Shown: positions 21,494 to 34,798 of the stretch, one piece after another
How positions within the stretch are numbered: the first letter of the stretch is position 1
Layout: the number at the start of each line of letters is the position of its first letter
Origin: an uncultured bacterium
Lineage (GTDB): Bacteria; Desulfobacterota_D; UBA1144
Reading direction: 5' to 3'
Assembly (NCBI GenBank): GCA_913050245.1
Contig: CAJWZJ010000003.1
Coordinates: 27,329 to 91,328, forward strand
Length of the DNA stretch: 64,000 bases
Program-made: the position numbers and the translations under genes
The notes under the pieces: model-generated
The model's input: the letters and a program-made list of their open reading frames with translations, nothing else
Databases searched by the model: none
What the model was told of the DNA's origin: nothing

Positions 21494-22287
21494 TAGATAA
21501 AATTAATACAATATCATTATTAATGATTATTCTAATTGGTCTTCCTCATGGCGCATTGGATGGTGCTGTAAGCCTATGCTTAGAAATAAAGAAAAAAATT
21601 AATAAAATTATTTTTCTAATTCTTTATGTGCTTGTAGCTATTATTGTTACTTTATTATGGATATTATTTCCCGAGATAAGCTTAATTCTCTTTCTATTAA
21701 TAAGCATCTTCCATTTTGGTCTTGGTGACTTTGAATGGTCTAAAGGTTATTCAAAATATTTATTAGCTTATATAAATGGTGGGATAGTAATATTTGGAAT
21801 AAGTTTATTCAACTATGAGAGTACAGATAATATTTTTAAGTTTTTAGCTAATGATACTGGTGTTGTGTGGTCTTTTATTGAATATGGGACATTTTTATTA
21901 ATATTCTTGATCCCATGGTTTGTGATTAATATTAGCAATCTTTCTACATTTCAAATTTTAAGGATTTTTATAATATGCTTATTAGTTATTTTTTTACCAC
22001 CATTACTCTCTTTATCAATTTATTTTTGTTTTATTCATTCATTGAATCATTTTATGAGAATCATACCAGCACTTAAATCCCAAATGTCTTCAACAAAAAT
22101 AGTCAATCTTTTCATATTATTCACATTTGCAAGCTGGATATTAGGTTATTTAGTGTTTAATTATTTTAGCGGGCAAGTGAATCAAACAGAGCTAATTTAT
22201 AAAATTGTTTTTATCGGATTAGCCGCCTTAACTGTACCTCATATGCTATTAATTGATTTATATTTTAGACCAAAGAAGGAAATTTAG
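21490..22287 (+). CDS. blh: beta-carotene 15,15'-dioxygenase (Brp/Blh family, retinal-forming)
   Basis: Polytopic membrane protein with GLPHGALDG near the N-terminus and further conserved His (FHFG, IHSLNH, VPHM). ATGA overlap with crtY. Confidence 0.85.
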   Translation: MIDKINTISLLMIILIGLPHGALDGAVSLCLEIKKKINKIIFLILYVLVAIIVTLLWILFPEISLILFLLISIFHFGLGDFEWSKGYSKYLLAYINGGIVIFGISLFNYESTDNIFKFLANDTGVVWSFIEYGTFLLIFLIPWFVINISNLSTFQILRIFIICLLVIFLPPLLSLSIYFCFIHSLNHFMRIIPALKSQMSSTKIVNLFILFTFASWILGYLVFNYFSGQVNQTELIYKIVFIGLAALTVPHMLLIDLYFRPKKEI

Positions 22288-22288
22288 A

Positions 22289-22561
22289 ATGGATATAACA
22301 ATTAAAAAAGAAGATCATAATTTATTTATTGTTAAAATTAATAGTAAAAATAATTCAATCCATAGGGTTATATTAAAAGATGATTTACATAACCACTTAA
22401 CAAAAGGAAAAATTTCAAAAGAAGAATTGATAAAATTAAGTTTTCAATTTTTATTACAAAGAGAATCTAACACATCAATTTTATCATCTTTCGAATTGAA
22501 GATGATAAGTAATTATTTTCCAGAATATGAAAAAGAAATTATACTTAAAATAAAGGAGTAG
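22289..22561 (+). CDS. conserved-looking hypothetical protein (90 aa)
   Basis: The ATG is preceded by AAGGAAA. It starts 1 nt after the blh stop and ends 3 nt before purD. Ends with FLLQRESNTSILSSFELKMISNYFPEYEKEI. Soluble, with no recognisable catalytic motif. Confidence 0.55.
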   Translation: MDITIKKEDHNLFIVKINSKNNSIHRVILKDDLHNHLTKGKISKEELIKLSFQFLLQRESNTSILSSFELKMISNYFPEYEKEIILKIKE

Positions 22562-22564
22562 GTT

Positions 22565-23842
22565 TTGAAAGTTTTAGTAATTGGATCAGGAGGTAGAGAG
22601 CATGCAATTTGTTGGGGTCTCTCGCTAAGTAAAAAAGTATCAAAAATATTTTGTGCTCCAGGTAATGCAGGTATAGGAGAGATTGCAGAGAATGTAGATA
22701 TTGGATCAACGGATATAGAGAACCTTATAGTATTCGTAAAAAGAAATAATATTGATTTTACAATTGTGGGACCCGAACAACCATTATCTCTAGGGATAGT
22801 AGATGAATTTAGAAATAATAACCTTCTAGTTTTTGGTCCAACCAAACATGCATCACAACTTGAAGCAAGTAAGGAGTTTTCAAAACTCTTTATGAAAAGG
22901 AATAATATTCCAACAGCTTCTTTTAATTCATTTACATCTTATAATGAAGCTGAAAGTTTTTTAAAAGATTCAGATTTACCAATAGTTATTAAAGCTGACG
23001 GATTAGCATCAGGAAAAGGAGTCAGAGTTTGTTTTAATAGAGAAGAAGCATTTGAATTTTTAAAAGATGTTATGTTAGATAAAGTTTTTTCTAGCTCTGG
23101 AGAAAAAGTTGTTATTGAGAGTTTTTTAGAGGGTGAAGAGGCTTCCTTTTTTGTATTTTCTGATGGAGAAAATATACTATCGCTTGATTCATCACAGGAT
23201 CACAAAAGACTATTAAATGATGATATGGGTCCTAACACTGGAGGAATGGGGGCATATTCCCCCGCACCAATCATTGATGAAGAAACGAGAAAAAATATAA
23301 TAAACGAAATTATTACTCCGGTATTCGAAGGCTTTAAAAGAGAAGGACTTGAATATACAGGAATCTTATATGTTGGTTTAATGATCAAAGATAAAAGACC
23401 AAGTGTTGTAGAGTTTAATTGTAGGTTTGGGGATCCTGAAACTCAACCATTATTGTATAGAATTGACTCTGATATTTTTGACTTATTCTACATGACAGCA
23501 ATAGGTAAAATAAATGATTATAAACTCAAATGGAAACCAAAAACTTCTGTTTCTATAGTTTTAGCATCTAAAGGTTATCCTAAAACACCTATAACAGGTG
23601 GTGAAATAAAAGATTTAAATAATATTAACCTTTCTGATAGTGAATTTATTTTTCATGCTGGGACTAAATTGGAGGATGGTAAAGTGTTAATTTCTGGTGG
23701 CAGAGTTTTAAATGTTACAGCGCTTGGAGATTCTCTTCAAAGCGCTATTGAATTAGCTTATAGATGTGTAGAAAAGATTGATACAACTAATTTTCATTAC
23801 AGAAGCGATATCGGTAAGAAAGGGCTTTTAAAAAATAGCTAA
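22565..23842 (+). CDS. purD: phosphoribosylamine--glycine ligase
   Basis: MKVLVIGSGGREHA start (TTG codon, AAGGAG SD 7 nt upstream) and ATP-grasp motifs, 425 aa. Confidence 0.93.
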   Translation: MKVLVIGSGGREHAICWGLSLSKKVSKIFCAPGNAGIGEIAENVDIGSTDIENLIVFVKRNNIDFTIVGPEQPLSLGIVDEFRNNNLLVFGPTKHASQLEASKEFSKLFMKRNNIPTASFNSFTSYNEAESFLKDSDLPIVIKADGLASGKGVRVCFNREEAFEFLKDVMLDKVFSSSGEKVVIESFLEGEEASFFVFSDGENILSLDSSQDHKRLLNDDMGPNTGGMGAYSPAPIIDEETRKNIINEIITPVFEGFKREGLEYTGILYVGLMIKDKRPSVVEFNCRFGDPETQPLLYRIDSDIFDLFYMTAIGKINDYKLKWKPKTSVSIVLASKGYPKTPITGGEIKDLNNINLSDSEFIFHAGTKLEDGKVLISGGRVLNVTALGDSLQSAIELAYRCVEKIDTTNFHYRSDIGKKGLLKNS

Positions 23843-23847
23843 ATTGC

Positions 23848-23875
23848 TTGACATAGATTAAAAGTGTGGCATATT
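23848..23875 (+). promoter_or_regulatory. candidate sigma70 promoter of the ribosomal super-operon (TTGACA, 16 nt spacer, CATATT with upstream TG)
   Basis: Consensus -35 TTGACA at 23848-23853 and -10-like CATATT at 23870-23875, 25 nt upstream of rpsL. Confidence 0.45.
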
Positions 23876-23900
23876 TCAAGGATTAAAAAACGAGGTATTT

Positions 23901-26832
<2,932 letters not shown>

Positions 26833-26859
26833 TTTTTGTTTTTTAGGAGGGACATCTAA

Positions 26860-28053
26860 ATGTCTAAAGAAAAATTTGAGAGAAATAAGCCTCACTGTAA
26901 TATTGGAACCATAGGTCATGTTGACCATGGTAAAACAACTCTAACCGCGGCTATTACTATGACTTTATCTAAAGCTGGTGGTGGAGAATCTATGTCTTAT
27001 GAAGATATTGATAACGCTCCTGAAGAAAAAGAAAGAGGTATCACTATCAACACTGCTCACGTTGAATATGAAACAGATACTCGTCATTATGCTCATGTTG
27101 ATTGCCCTGGACACGCTGACTATGTTAAAAACATGATAACTGGTGCAGCTCAAATGGATGGAGCTATTTTAGTTGTTAGTGCTACTGATGGTCCGATGCC
27201 TCAAACAAGGGAACACATTCTTCTTGCAAGACAAGTTGGTGTTCCTAGACTTGTAATATTCTTAAATAAAGTTGATCAGCTTGGTGGAGATAAAGAACTT
27301 GTTGAACTTGTTGAGTTAGAGGTTAGAGAACTTTTAAATGAGTATGGATTTGAAGGAGATGATACTCCAATTGTATCAGGTTCTGCTTTAGCAGCTGTTG
27401 AAAATAGCGATCCCGAAACAGGCGAAAAGGCAATATTAGAATTAATGTCAAAAGTTGATGAATGGATACCACAGCCTACAAGAGATGTCGATAAACCCTT
27501 TTCTCTTGCAATTGAAGATGTTTTTTCAATTTCAGGAAGAGGTACAGTTGTTACCGGTAGAGTTGAGCAAGGTAAACTGAATGTAGGGGATAAGATAGAA
27601 GTTGTAGGAATTAAAGATACTCAAGAAACTACTGCTACAGGTATAGAAATGTTTAGAAAACTTCTAGACTATGCAGAAGCTGGTGATAATGTAGGTGTTT
27701 TATTAAGAGGTATTGAAAAAGATCAAGTTGAGAGAGGGCAAGTTTTATGTGCTCCCGGTTCAATCAAGCCACACCAAAAATTTGAAGCTGAAGTATATGT
27801 TTTGAAGAAGGAAGAAGGTGGCAGACACACTCCTTTCTTCAAAGGTTACAGACCTCAATTCTATTTTAGAACTACAGATGTAACTGGCTCAATTGAGCTT
27901 GGTGAAAATGTAGAGATGGTAATGCCTGGAGATAATACAAAAATGAATGTAGAACTTATCTGCCCTGTTGCTATGGCAGATGGATTAAAATTTTCTATCC
28001 GTGAAGGGGGTAGAACAGTTGGAGCAGGTGTTATCAGTAAGATAACCGAGTAA
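26860..28053 (+). CDS. tuf: elongation factor Tu
   Basis: [29 protein letters not shown] upstream. Confidence 0.97.
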   Translation: MSKEKFERNKPHCNIGTIGHVDHGKTTLTAAITMTLSKAGGGESMSYEDIDNAPEEKERGITINTAHVEYETDTRHYAHVDCPGHADYVKNMITGAAQMDGAILVVSATDGPMPQTREHILLARQVGVPRLVIFLNKVDQLGGDKELVELVELEVRELLNEYGFEGDDTPIVSGSALAAVENSDPETGEKAILELMSKVDEWIPQPTRDVDKPFSLAIEDVFSISGRGTVVTGRVEQGKLNVGDKIEVVGIKDTQETTATGIEMFRKLLDYAEAGDNVGVLLRGIEKDQVERGQVLCAPGSIKPHQKFEAEVYVLKKEEGGRHTPFFKGYRPQFYFRTTDVTGSIELGENVEMVMPGDNTKMNVELICPVAMADGLKFSIREGGRTVGAGVISKITE

Positions 28054-28059
28054 TAAAAT

Positions 28060-28380
28060 ATGGAAACCGCACCAAAAGTAAGAATAAAGCTTAAATCTTT
28101 TGATCATAAGCTTTTAGATAAATCGACTTTTGATATTGTTGATACGGTTAAAAGAACCGGGGCTAAGGTTGCAGGTCCAATTCCGTTACCAACGGACATT
28201 TCAAGAACATGTGTTTTAAGAGCGCCTCATGTTTATAAGGACTCTAGAGAACATTTCGAAATGAGGACCCACAAACGTCTTGTAGATATTCTTGAACCTA
28301 CTCAACAAACTATTGATTCGTTGATGAAGCTTGATTTGGCTTCTGGTGTAGAAGTAGAGATTAAACTGCAAGGTGTGTAA
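28060..28380 (+). CDS. rpsJ: 30S ribosomal protein S10
   Basis: [14 protein letters not shown]... canonical S10. Confidence 0.96.
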   Translation: METAPKVRIKLKSFDHKLLDKSTFDIVDTVKRTGAKVAGPIPLPTDISRTCVLRAPHVYKDSREHFEMRTHKRLVDILEPTQQTIDSLMKLDLASGVEVEIKLQGV

Positions 28381-29136
28381 ATGTCAGAAGAAAATGTTGA
28401 AACCGAAGAATTAGTTCAAACTGAATCCCAAGATTCTATTGATAATGATCAAAATGATGAAGTTGATTCTAAAAATATAGAAAAATCTATAAGATTAAGT
28501 GGTTTAATGGGAACAAAATTAGGAATGACTCATTCAATTATGGATGATGGAAGAGTTATACCTACAACCCTTGTTCAACTAGGTCCTTGCTATGCTCTAG
28601 AAAAAAGTTTAAAAAGTAAAAAAACCTCATTAAAAGTAGGTTATTTAGATATAAAACCTACATCATTAAATAAACCAAAACTTTCTTATTTTTCTAAGTT
28701 AAAAGTTAAGCCAGTAAAATATATTAAAGAATTTGACCTCTTGGAGGATGTTGAAATACAACCTGGTACGGAGATTAAGGCTGATATTTTTAAAGAAGGT
28801 GATAAAACAGATGTCACATCTAACTCAAAAGGTAAAGGTTTCGCAGGTGTAATTAAAAGACATAATTTTGCAGGATTACGACATACTCATGGTACACCTC
28901 AGAATCAAAGATCTGGTGGTTCGATAGGAGCATGTGCATATCCTGGCAGAGTATGGAAAGGGCAAAAGATGGCTGGTAGATATGGTGGCAAGAAATCAAC
29001 AATTCAAGGATTAGAAGTTTTAAAAGTAGATCTTGAAAAGAATTTAATATTTATTAAAGGTTCAATACCTGGTTCAAATGGATCATTGGTATATGTAAAC
29101 CACACAAGGAAAGGTAATGGACTTACAAATAATTAA
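28381..29136 (+). CDS. rplC: 50S ribosomal protein L3 with an acidic N-terminal extension of about 42 aa
   Basis: The conserved L3 core starts at GLMGTKLGMT and includes GKGFAGVIKRHNF. The ORF is open from the ATG abutting the rpsJ stop. Alternative start at 28507. Confidence 0.9.
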   Translation: MSEENVETEELVQTESQDSIDNDQNDEVDSKNIEKSIRLSGLMGTKLGMTHSIMDDGRVIPTTLVQLGPCYALEKSLKSKKTSLKVGYLDIKPTSLNKPKLSYFSKLKVKPVKYIKEFDLLEDVEIQPGTEIKADIFKEGDKTDVTSNSKGKGFAGVIKRHNFAGLRHTHGTPQNQRSGGSIGACAYPGRVWKGQKMAGRYGGKKSTIQGLEVLKVDLEKNLIFIKGSIPGSNGSLVYVNHTRKGNGLTNN

Positions 29137-29734
29137 TTTAGATAATAAAAATATTGGAAAACATTCAATTGATATCAACGATAATGTTGAAATCAATAAA
29201 TTTGCGATAAGTCAAGTTGTAAAATGGCAATTGGCTAAAAAAAGAGCCGGAACCGCTGCTACCAAAAATAGAGCTCTTGTTCAAGGTAGTGGCAAGAAAC
29301 CATTTAAACAAAAAGGGACTGGTAATGCTAGAGCTGGAACAAGAACATCACCGATATGGAGAGGCGGAGGTGTAATTTTTGGCCCAAGCCCTAAGGATTG
29401 GTCCTTTACAATTCCAAAAAAAATTAAAAAATTAGCTTTGCAAAATGCTTTACTTTATAAAATAAATCAAAAAAGTATTTATTTGGTTGACTCATTCGAA
29501 TTAGAGGACAATAAAACAAAAAATCTTTCTTCAAAACTTAAAAATATGGATCTTGGAAAGAAGATTTTAATTGTAAATCATGGAGAGAATATTAATCTTG
29601 AGCTATCATCACGTAACTTATCCAACGTTAAAGTTATTCATCCTGATGGTTTAAACGTTTACGATATATTAAATTTTAATTCTATTTTAATCCATAAAGA
29701 TTCTATAGATAAAATTTTGTCGAGGGTTAAATAA
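29117..29734 (+). CDS. rplD: 50S ribosomal protein L4
   Basis: GSGKKPFKQKGTGNARAGT motif. Overlaps rplC by 20 nt. Confidence 0.95.
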   Translation: MDLQIINLDNKNIGKHSIDINDNVEINKFAISQVVKWQLAKKRAGTAATKNRALVQGSGKKPFKQKGTGNARAGTRTSPIWRGGGVIFGPSPKDWSFTIPKKIKKLALQNALLYKINQKSIYLVDSFELEDNKTKNLSSKLKNMDLGKKILIVNHGENINLELSSRNLSNVKVIHPDGLNVYDILNFNSILIHKDSIDKILSRVK

Positions 29735-30025
29735 ATGAAAAAGTATATTTCTGATATTTTGATAAAACCATTAATGACAGAAAAATCAGCATCACTTAAT
29801 CAGTCACAATGTTATGTTTTTGAAGTCGCATCATCATCTACTAAAAATGAAATTCGTGATGCTATTCAAAAGTTTTTTAACGTAAAAGTTAAAGATATCA
29901 GGACTTCAACAAAGCCTGGAAAAATAGTAAAAAAAGGCGGGAAAGCGGTAGGTAAAAGGTCTAAGCAGAAAAAAGCCTTTATAACTTTAAAAGAGGGGTC
30001 AATAGAGTTTATCCAAGGAGTCTAA
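29735..30025 (+). CDS. rplW: 50S ribosomal protein L23
   Basis: [11 protein letters not shown]... in the canonical position. Confidence 0.93.
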   Translation: MKKYISDILIKPLMTEKSASLNQSQCYVFEVASSSTKNEIRDAIQKFFNVKVKDIRTSTKPGKIVKKGGKAVGKRSKQKKAFITLKEGSIEFIQGV

Positions 30026-30026
30026 T

Positions 30027-30875
30027 ATGCCAATTCAAAAATATAAACCTACTAGTCCTGGAAGACGCTTTATGACATCAGCTGATTTCGATGAAATCAC
30101 TACTAATGTTCCTTACAAGCCATTAGTTAAATCTGTTCATAAAAAGAAAGGTAGAAATAATAATGGACGTATTACTTCTAAAAGTAGGGGTGGTGGAGCA
30201 AAAAAATTATACAGGATTATCGATTTCAAAAGAGATAAATTTGATATACAAGGTACCGTTAAAACGATTGAATATGACCCAAACAGGTCATCACGAATAG
30301 CCTTAATCAATTATTCCGATGGTGAAAAAAGATATATATTAGCTCCTTTAAATTTGAAAGTGGGTTCAAAAATAATATCATCTGAAAAAACTGAAATAGT
30401 AAATGGTAATTCGTTGTTATTGAAAAACATACCTGAAGGGACACTCGTACATAATATTGAAATGTCACCAAAGGGTGGAGGAAAAATAGCAAGATCAGCA
30501 GGAGCATATGCAACAGTTCTTGGAACAGAAAATAATTTAACTCAAATTAAATTAGCATCTGGTGAAACAAGAAAACTACTTTCTGATTGTAGAGCAACTA
30601 TAGGAAAACTTGGAAACGAAAAGCATAATCAGATTGTAATTGGTAAGGCTGGCCGTAAAAGATACTTAGGAAGAAGGCCTATTGTAAGAGGTGTAGCTAT
30701 GAATCCCGTAGATCATCCTCATGGTGGTGGTGAAGGTAAAGCAGCGCGAGGCAATCCACATCCTGTTTCAAAATGGGGTTGGATAACAATTGGTAAGAAA
30801 ACAAGAAATAATCCTAAATCAGACAAACTTATTGTAAAAAGAAGAAGAATTGGATATGGGATGGATAAGAGGTAA
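30027..30875 (+). CDS. rplB: 50S ribosomal protein L2
   Basis: KPTSPGRR and [12 protein letters not shown]. Confidence 0.97.
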   Translation: MPIQKYKPTSPGRRFMTSADFDEITTNVPYKPLVKSVHKKKGRNNNGRITSKSRGGGAKKLYRIIDFKRDKFDIQGTVKTIEYDPNRSSRIALINYSDGEKRYILAPLNLKVGSKIISSEKTEIVNGNSLLLKNIPEGTLVHNIEMSPKGGGKIARSAGAYATVLGTENNLTQIKLASGETRKLLSDCRATIGKLGNEKHNQIVIGKAGRKRYLGRRPIVRGVAMNPVDHPHGGGEGKAARGNPHPVSKWGWITIGKKTRNNPKSDKLIVKRRRIGYGMDKR

Positions 30876-30882
30876 TTAATAT

Positions 30883-31167
30883 ATGGGTAGATCAATTAAA
30901 AAAGGACCTTTCGTCGATGAAAAACTTATGAAAAAAGTTTTGAAGGCAAAAGCAGAGGATAGTCAAAAGATAATTAAAACCTGGTCAAGAAGATCTATGA
31001 TTGTTCCTGACATGATTGGATTAACTTTTGCAGTTTATAATGGAAAGAAATTTGTACCTGTTTACATAACAGAATATATGCTTGGGCATAAACTTGGAGA
31101 ATTTTCTCCAACCAGAACATTTGTATCACACGCTGGTGGCGATAAAAAATCTAAGGTGGGCAGATAA
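30883..31167 (+). CDS. rpsS: 30S ribosomal protein S19
   Basis: [12 protein letters not shown] and [11 protein letters not shown]. Confidence 0.97.
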   Translation: MGRSIKKGPFVDEKLMKKVLKAKAEDSQKIIKTWSRRSMIVPDMIGLTFAVYNGKKFVPVYITEYMLGHKLGEFSPTRTFVSHAGGDKKSKVGR

Positions 31168-31505
31168 TGATTTCTAAAGCTATCAATAAGTATGTTAGAA
31201 GAACGCCTAGAAAGGTTAATACTGTTTTAGATATTATTAGAGGAAAAAATGTCGATTACGCCTTCATGTTATTAAAGAATGTAAACAAGGGAGCTAAAGA
31301 TGAAGTTTCTAAAACATTAAAATCAGCAGTTTCTAATGCTTATGAAAAGGGATATACAGATACTGCTAAGATTTCTGTGTCTGAGGCTTATAGCACTGAG
31401 GGTCCAATATTTAAAAGATACAAAGCAAGGGCTATGGGAAGAGCAACAAAGAGATATAAAAGAACTAGTCATATAACTATAATTCTTAAGGAGGATGCTA
31501 TCTAA
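31167..31505 (+). CDS. rplV: 50S ribosomal protein L22
   Basis: Position and length match; [23 protein letters not shown]. Confidence 0.93.
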   Translation: MISKAINKYVRRTPRKVNTVLDIIRGKNVDYAFMLLKNVNKGAKDEVSKTLKSAVSNAYEKGYTDTAKISVSEAYSTEGPIFKRYKARAMGRATKRYKRTSHITIILKEDAI

Positions 31506-32179
31506 TGGGTCAAAAAGTAAATCCTATATCGCTTAGAATTGGCATAACTAGAAACTGGAATTCTAATTGGTTTGTAGCTAATAAGATAAAGTATAAAGAA
31601 TTTCTTCATGAAGATTTAAAAGTAAGAAATTATGTAAAGAAAAAATTCTTTCAATCTGGTATATCCAAACTAGAGATAGAGAGATCTTCCGATGAAAAAA
31701 TCAGACTAGTGGTTTATTGTTCAAAGCCTGGTCTTTTGATAGGAAGAAAGGGTGTAGACATTGAGAATCTGAGAAAAGATTTAAATAAAATGGTAGGTAA
31801 AGAAATATTTATTGATATACGAGAGGTCAAGAGACCGGAAATAGACTCACAATTAGTAGCTGAAAACATAGCATTACAACTTGAAAGAAGAGTTGCCTAT
31901 AGAAGAGCTATGAAAAGAAGTATGTCTTCTGCTTTACGTCTTGGAGCAATAGGTATAAAGGTAATGGTCTCAGGAAGGTTGGGTGGTGCAGAAATTGCAC
32001 GAAGTGAATGGTATCGTGAAGGTCGTGTCCCATTAAGTACTCTTAGAGCCGATATAGATTATGGTTTTGCAGAAGCTTTAACTACTTATGGAATAATTGG
32101 CATCAAAGTTTGGATATTTAAAGGTGAAGTTATTAAAAGAAAGGAAAAAAATAAGGGAGTAGATAATGCTGCAGCCTAA
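31505..32179 (+). CDS. rpsC: 30S ribosomal protein S3
   Basis: MGQKVNP..., KH domain, [10 protein letters not shown]. Confidence 0.97.
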   Translation: MGQKVNPISLRIGITRNWNSNWFVANKIKYKEFLHEDLKVRNYVKKKFFQSGISKLEIERSSDEKIRLVVYCSKPGLLIGRKGVDIENLRKDLNKMVGKEIFIDIREVKRPEIDSQLVAENIALQLERRVAYRRAMKRSMSSALRLGAIGIKVMVSGRLGGAEIARSEWYREGRVPLSTLRADIDYGFAEALTTYGIIGIKVWIFKGEVIKRKEKNKGVDNAAA

Positions 32180-32588
32180 AAAAAGTAAACATAGAAAAAT
32201 CCATAAAGGAAGAGTTAGAGGCGTTGCAACTAAAGGTAATAAAGTTTCTTTTGGAGAATATGGTCTTCAATCTTTAGATTTTTCCAGAATCACTGGTAGA
32301 CAGATCGAAGCAGCGAGGATTGCTATCACAAGAAAAGTAAAAAGGGGTGCAAAACTTTGGATAAGGATTTTTCCTCACAAGCCTGTTTCAAAAAAACCTG
32401 CAGAAGTACGAATGGGTAAGGGTAAAGGTGATATAGATAGATATGTTGCTCCTATTAAGAAAGGAACTATGTTGTATGAAATTGCTGGAGTTGATGAAGA
32501 ACTAGCACGTGAGGCTCTAAGATTAGCATCTGCTAAACTCCCAGTGAGAACTAGAATAGTAGTTAGGACACGAGGATTATTGATATAA
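32166..32588 (+). CDS. rplP: 50S ribosomal protein L16
   Basis: [11 protein letters not shown]... and RMGKGKG. Confidence 0.97.
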   Translation: MLQPKKSKHRKIHKGRVRGVATKGNKVSFGEYGLQSLDFSRITGRQIEAARIAITRKVKRGAKLWIRIFPHKPVSKKPAEVRMGKGKGDIDRYVAPIKKGTMLYEIAGVDEELAREALRLASAKLPVRTRIVVRTRGLLI

Positions 32589-32785
32589 TGGATATGCAAG
32601 AAATAAAAAAGTTAGATACAGAAGAGATTGAAAATAAAATAAAAGAATTAAAGGATTCGATCTTTAAGAATAAAATTGCAAAATTAAATCAAGGTGATTT
32701 TGATACTAACTCCTTTATAAAAATTAGGAAAGATATTGCTAGATGCATGACAGAATTAAATATAAGAAAAAGGGAGGATAACTAA
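32588..32785 (+). CDS. rpmC: 50S ribosomal protein L29
   Basis: A 65-aa helical protein in the canonical slot between rplP and rpsQ. Confidence 0.88.
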   Translation: MDMQEIKKLDTEEIENKIKELKDSIFKNKIAKLNQGDFDTNSFIKIRKDIARCMTELNIRKREDN

Positions 32786-33045
32786 TGTCTAGAGGCAGAA
32801 TGAGAGAAGTAAAAGGTACAGTAATCAAAAATTCTTCTGATAAGACCATAATGGTTCAGACAGAGACTTCCTCGAAAAATAGAATTTATAATAAAATTGT
32901 GGTTATGAAGAAGAAGTTTCATGTGCATGATGAAAAGAATGAGGCTAAGGTTGGAGATCAAATAAGAGCAATTGAGACAAAGCCTATAAGTAAAAGTAAG
33001 AGATGGAAACTCGTAGAAATTGTTAGCAAAGGAGAAGTCTTATGA
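32785..33045 (+). CDS. rpsQ: 30S ribosomal protein S17
   Basis: [14 protein letters not shown]... [11 protein letters not shown]... RWKLVEI. Confidence 0.94.
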   Translation: MSRGRMREVKGTVIKNSSDKTIMVQTETSSKNRIYNKIVVMKKKFHVHDEKNEAKVGDQIRAIETKPISKSKRWKLVEIVSKGEVL

Positions 33046-33410
33046 TTCAAACAGAAACTCAGTTAGTTTCAGCTGACAATTCTGGAGCAAAACAGCTTAA
33101 TGTAATAAATCTTAAAGGCGGATCTTTTAGAAGGTATGCCAGAATTGGTGATATTGTAACAGTTTCAATTAGAGCAGCTATTCCAAATTCAAAAGTTGAA
33201 AAAGGTAAGATTTTCCAAGCCGTAATAGTAAGAACTAAAAAAGAATTGAGAAGACCTGACGGTTCTTATATAAGATTCGATGATAATGCTGCTGTACTGA
33301 TTAATAAAGAAAAGCAGCCAGTTGGCACAAGAATATTTGGTCCTGTAGCCAGAGAGCTTAGAAATAAAGGTTTCATGAAAATTGTTTCATTAGCTCCGGA
33401 GGTTCTATAA
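33042..33410 (+). CDS. rplN: 50S ribosomal protein L14
   Basis: MIQTETQL.. ADNSGAK. Confidence 0.97.
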   Translation: MIQTETQLVSADNSGAKQLNVINLKGGSFRRYARIGDIVTVSIRAAIPNSKVEKGKIFQAVIVRTKKELRRPDGSYIRFDDNAAVLINKEKQPVGTRIFGPVARELRNKGFMKIVSLAPEVL

Positions 33411-33411
33411 G

Positions 33412-33648
33412 ATGGCAAAGACATCCAGACCAAAAAAAGGCGAAGAGGTTAAGATTATTGCTGGTAAATATAAAGGACAGGTTGGGAAAGTTTTAACTGT
33501 TTTTCCTAAAGATAATAAAGTAATTATAGAAAATATTAATGTTGCAAAAAGGCATCAAAAACCTAATCAACAAAATCAATCAGGTGGTATTGTGAATAAA
33601 GAAAAGCCGATTCACATATCTAATGTAAAGGTAGTAGGAAATGGATAA
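33412..33648 (+). CDS. rplX: 50S ribosomal protein L24
   Basis: KOW motif [19 protein letters not shown]. Confidence 0.94.
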   Translation: MAKTSRPKKGEEVKIIAGKYKGQVGKVLTVFPKDNKVIIENINVAKRHQKPNQQNQSGGIVNKEKPIHISNVKVVGNG

Positions 33649-34189
33649 TATCAAGACAGTGTATGACAATTCAGTGCAAGATTTATTAAATTCAATAAAT
33701 TTATCTAATAAGATGCAAGCACCTAAAATAGTTAAAGTTTCATTAAATATGGGACTAGGTAAAATGTCTGATGCTGGTAAAGATGGAAAATTGATAGAAG
33801 AAGCTGTGAATGAATTATCAAGAATTGCTAATCAAAAAGCTGTTGCCACTAAAGCAAAGAAATCTGAGGCTGGATTCAAGCTAAGAGAAGGTTCCTCTAT
33901 TGGTGCAAGGGTTACGTTAAGAGGCAATAAAATGTATGAATTTCTAATGAAATTACTTCATCTTGCATTACCTAGAGTAAGAGATTTTAGAGGCATATCA
34001 AGAAAAGCATTCGATAAAAGAGGAAATTATAATTTAGGTATTCAAGATCATTTAATATTTCCTGAAATTGATCCTACAAAGACATCAAGAAGTAAGGGTC
34101 TTAATATAACTATTGTAACAACTGCACAAAACGACGATGGCGCATTAATTTTAATGGAGAAGTTAGGTTTTCCTTTTAAGAAAAAATAG
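33641..34189 (+). CDS. rplE: 50S ribosomal protein L5
   Basis: Position matches; [15 protein letters not shown] and [17 protein letters not shown]. Confidence 0.96.
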   Translation: MDNIKTVYDNSVQDLLNSINLSNKMQAPKIVKVSLNMGLGKMSDAGKDGKLIEEAVNELSRIANQKAVATKAKKSEAGFKLREGSSIGARVTLRGNKMYEFLMKLLHLALPRVRDFRGISRKAFDKRGNYNLGIQDHLIFPEIDPTKTSRSKGLNITIVTTAQNDDGALILMEKLGFPFKKK

Positions 34190-34200
34190 GTGGTATATAT

Positions 34201-34386
34201 ATGGCAAAAAAATCAATGATTGTTAAAGCAAATAAAAAACAAAAATTTAAAGTTAGGGAATATAATAGATGCCCAATTACTGGTAGACCTAGAGGGTTTA
34301 TTAGAAAATATGGTATGAGTAGAAATGCATTTAGAAAGCTAGCAAGTGAAGGATTAATACCTGGCGTAAAAAAGGCTAGTTGGTAG
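34201..34386 (+). CDS. rpsN: 30S ribosomal protein S14, short (61-aa) form lacking three of the four zinc-ligand Cys
   Basis: Ends PGVKKASW. It aligns colinearly with the 61-aa zinc-type S14, but only one Cys (NRCPITGR) is retained. Confidence 0.93.
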   Translation: MAKKSMIVKANKKQKFKVREYNRCPITGRPRGFIRKYGMSRNAFRKLASEGLIPGVKKASW

Positions 34387-34396
34387 AGAGGAAAAT

Positions 34397-34792
34397 ATGA
34401 TAGTAGATCCAATTTCAGATATGTTAACAAGAATTAGAAATGCTGTTTCCAGAAAGCACAAGCATGTGTTAATTCCATCTTCAAAATTTAAAGTAGAAAT
34501 TGCTAAAATTTTACAATCAGAAGGTTTTATCAACTCTTTTGAAATTATTAAAATTAGTAATTTTGATAATATAAAAATCGATTTAAAATATGATTCAAGA
34601 AAAATTTCCGTAATAAAGAAAATAAAAAGAATAAGCAAGCCTGGATTGAGAGTTTATGTTAATAAAAATGAGATACCAAGGATCTCTGGCGGACTTGGTA
34701 CTTCAATAATATCGACATCTAAAGGTGTTATGACTGGAAATAAGGCCAGAGAAATTGGTGTAGGAGGAGAGATTCTCTGTAGTATTCTCTAA
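34397..34792 (+). CDS. rpsH: 30S ribosomal protein S8
   Basis: DPISDMLTRIRNA. Confidence 0.96.
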   Translation: MIVDPISDMLTRIRNAVSRKHKHVLIPSSKFKVEIAKILQSEGFINSFEIIKISNFDNIKIDLKYDSRKISVIKKIKRISKPGLRVYVNKNEIPRISGGLGTSIISTSKGVMTGNKAREIGVGGEILCSIL

Positions 34793-34798
34793 TAAAAT

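Noticed and set aside
17242-22287. The PR/carotenoid cluster as a recent horizontally acquired island, because PR looks GC-richer than its neighbours.
   Set aside because: The GC rise is explained by the Ala/Gly/Val-rich membrane protein composition and is matched by tuf and the ribosomal protein genes. The crt and blh genes have the same AT-rich composition as the rest of the window, and there are no flanking repeats, tRNA or integrase.
22513-22845. A 110-aa minus-strand ORF spanning the orf90/purD junction.
   Set aside because: It is antisense to the unmistakable purD N-terminus (VIGSGGREHA) and has no independent support.
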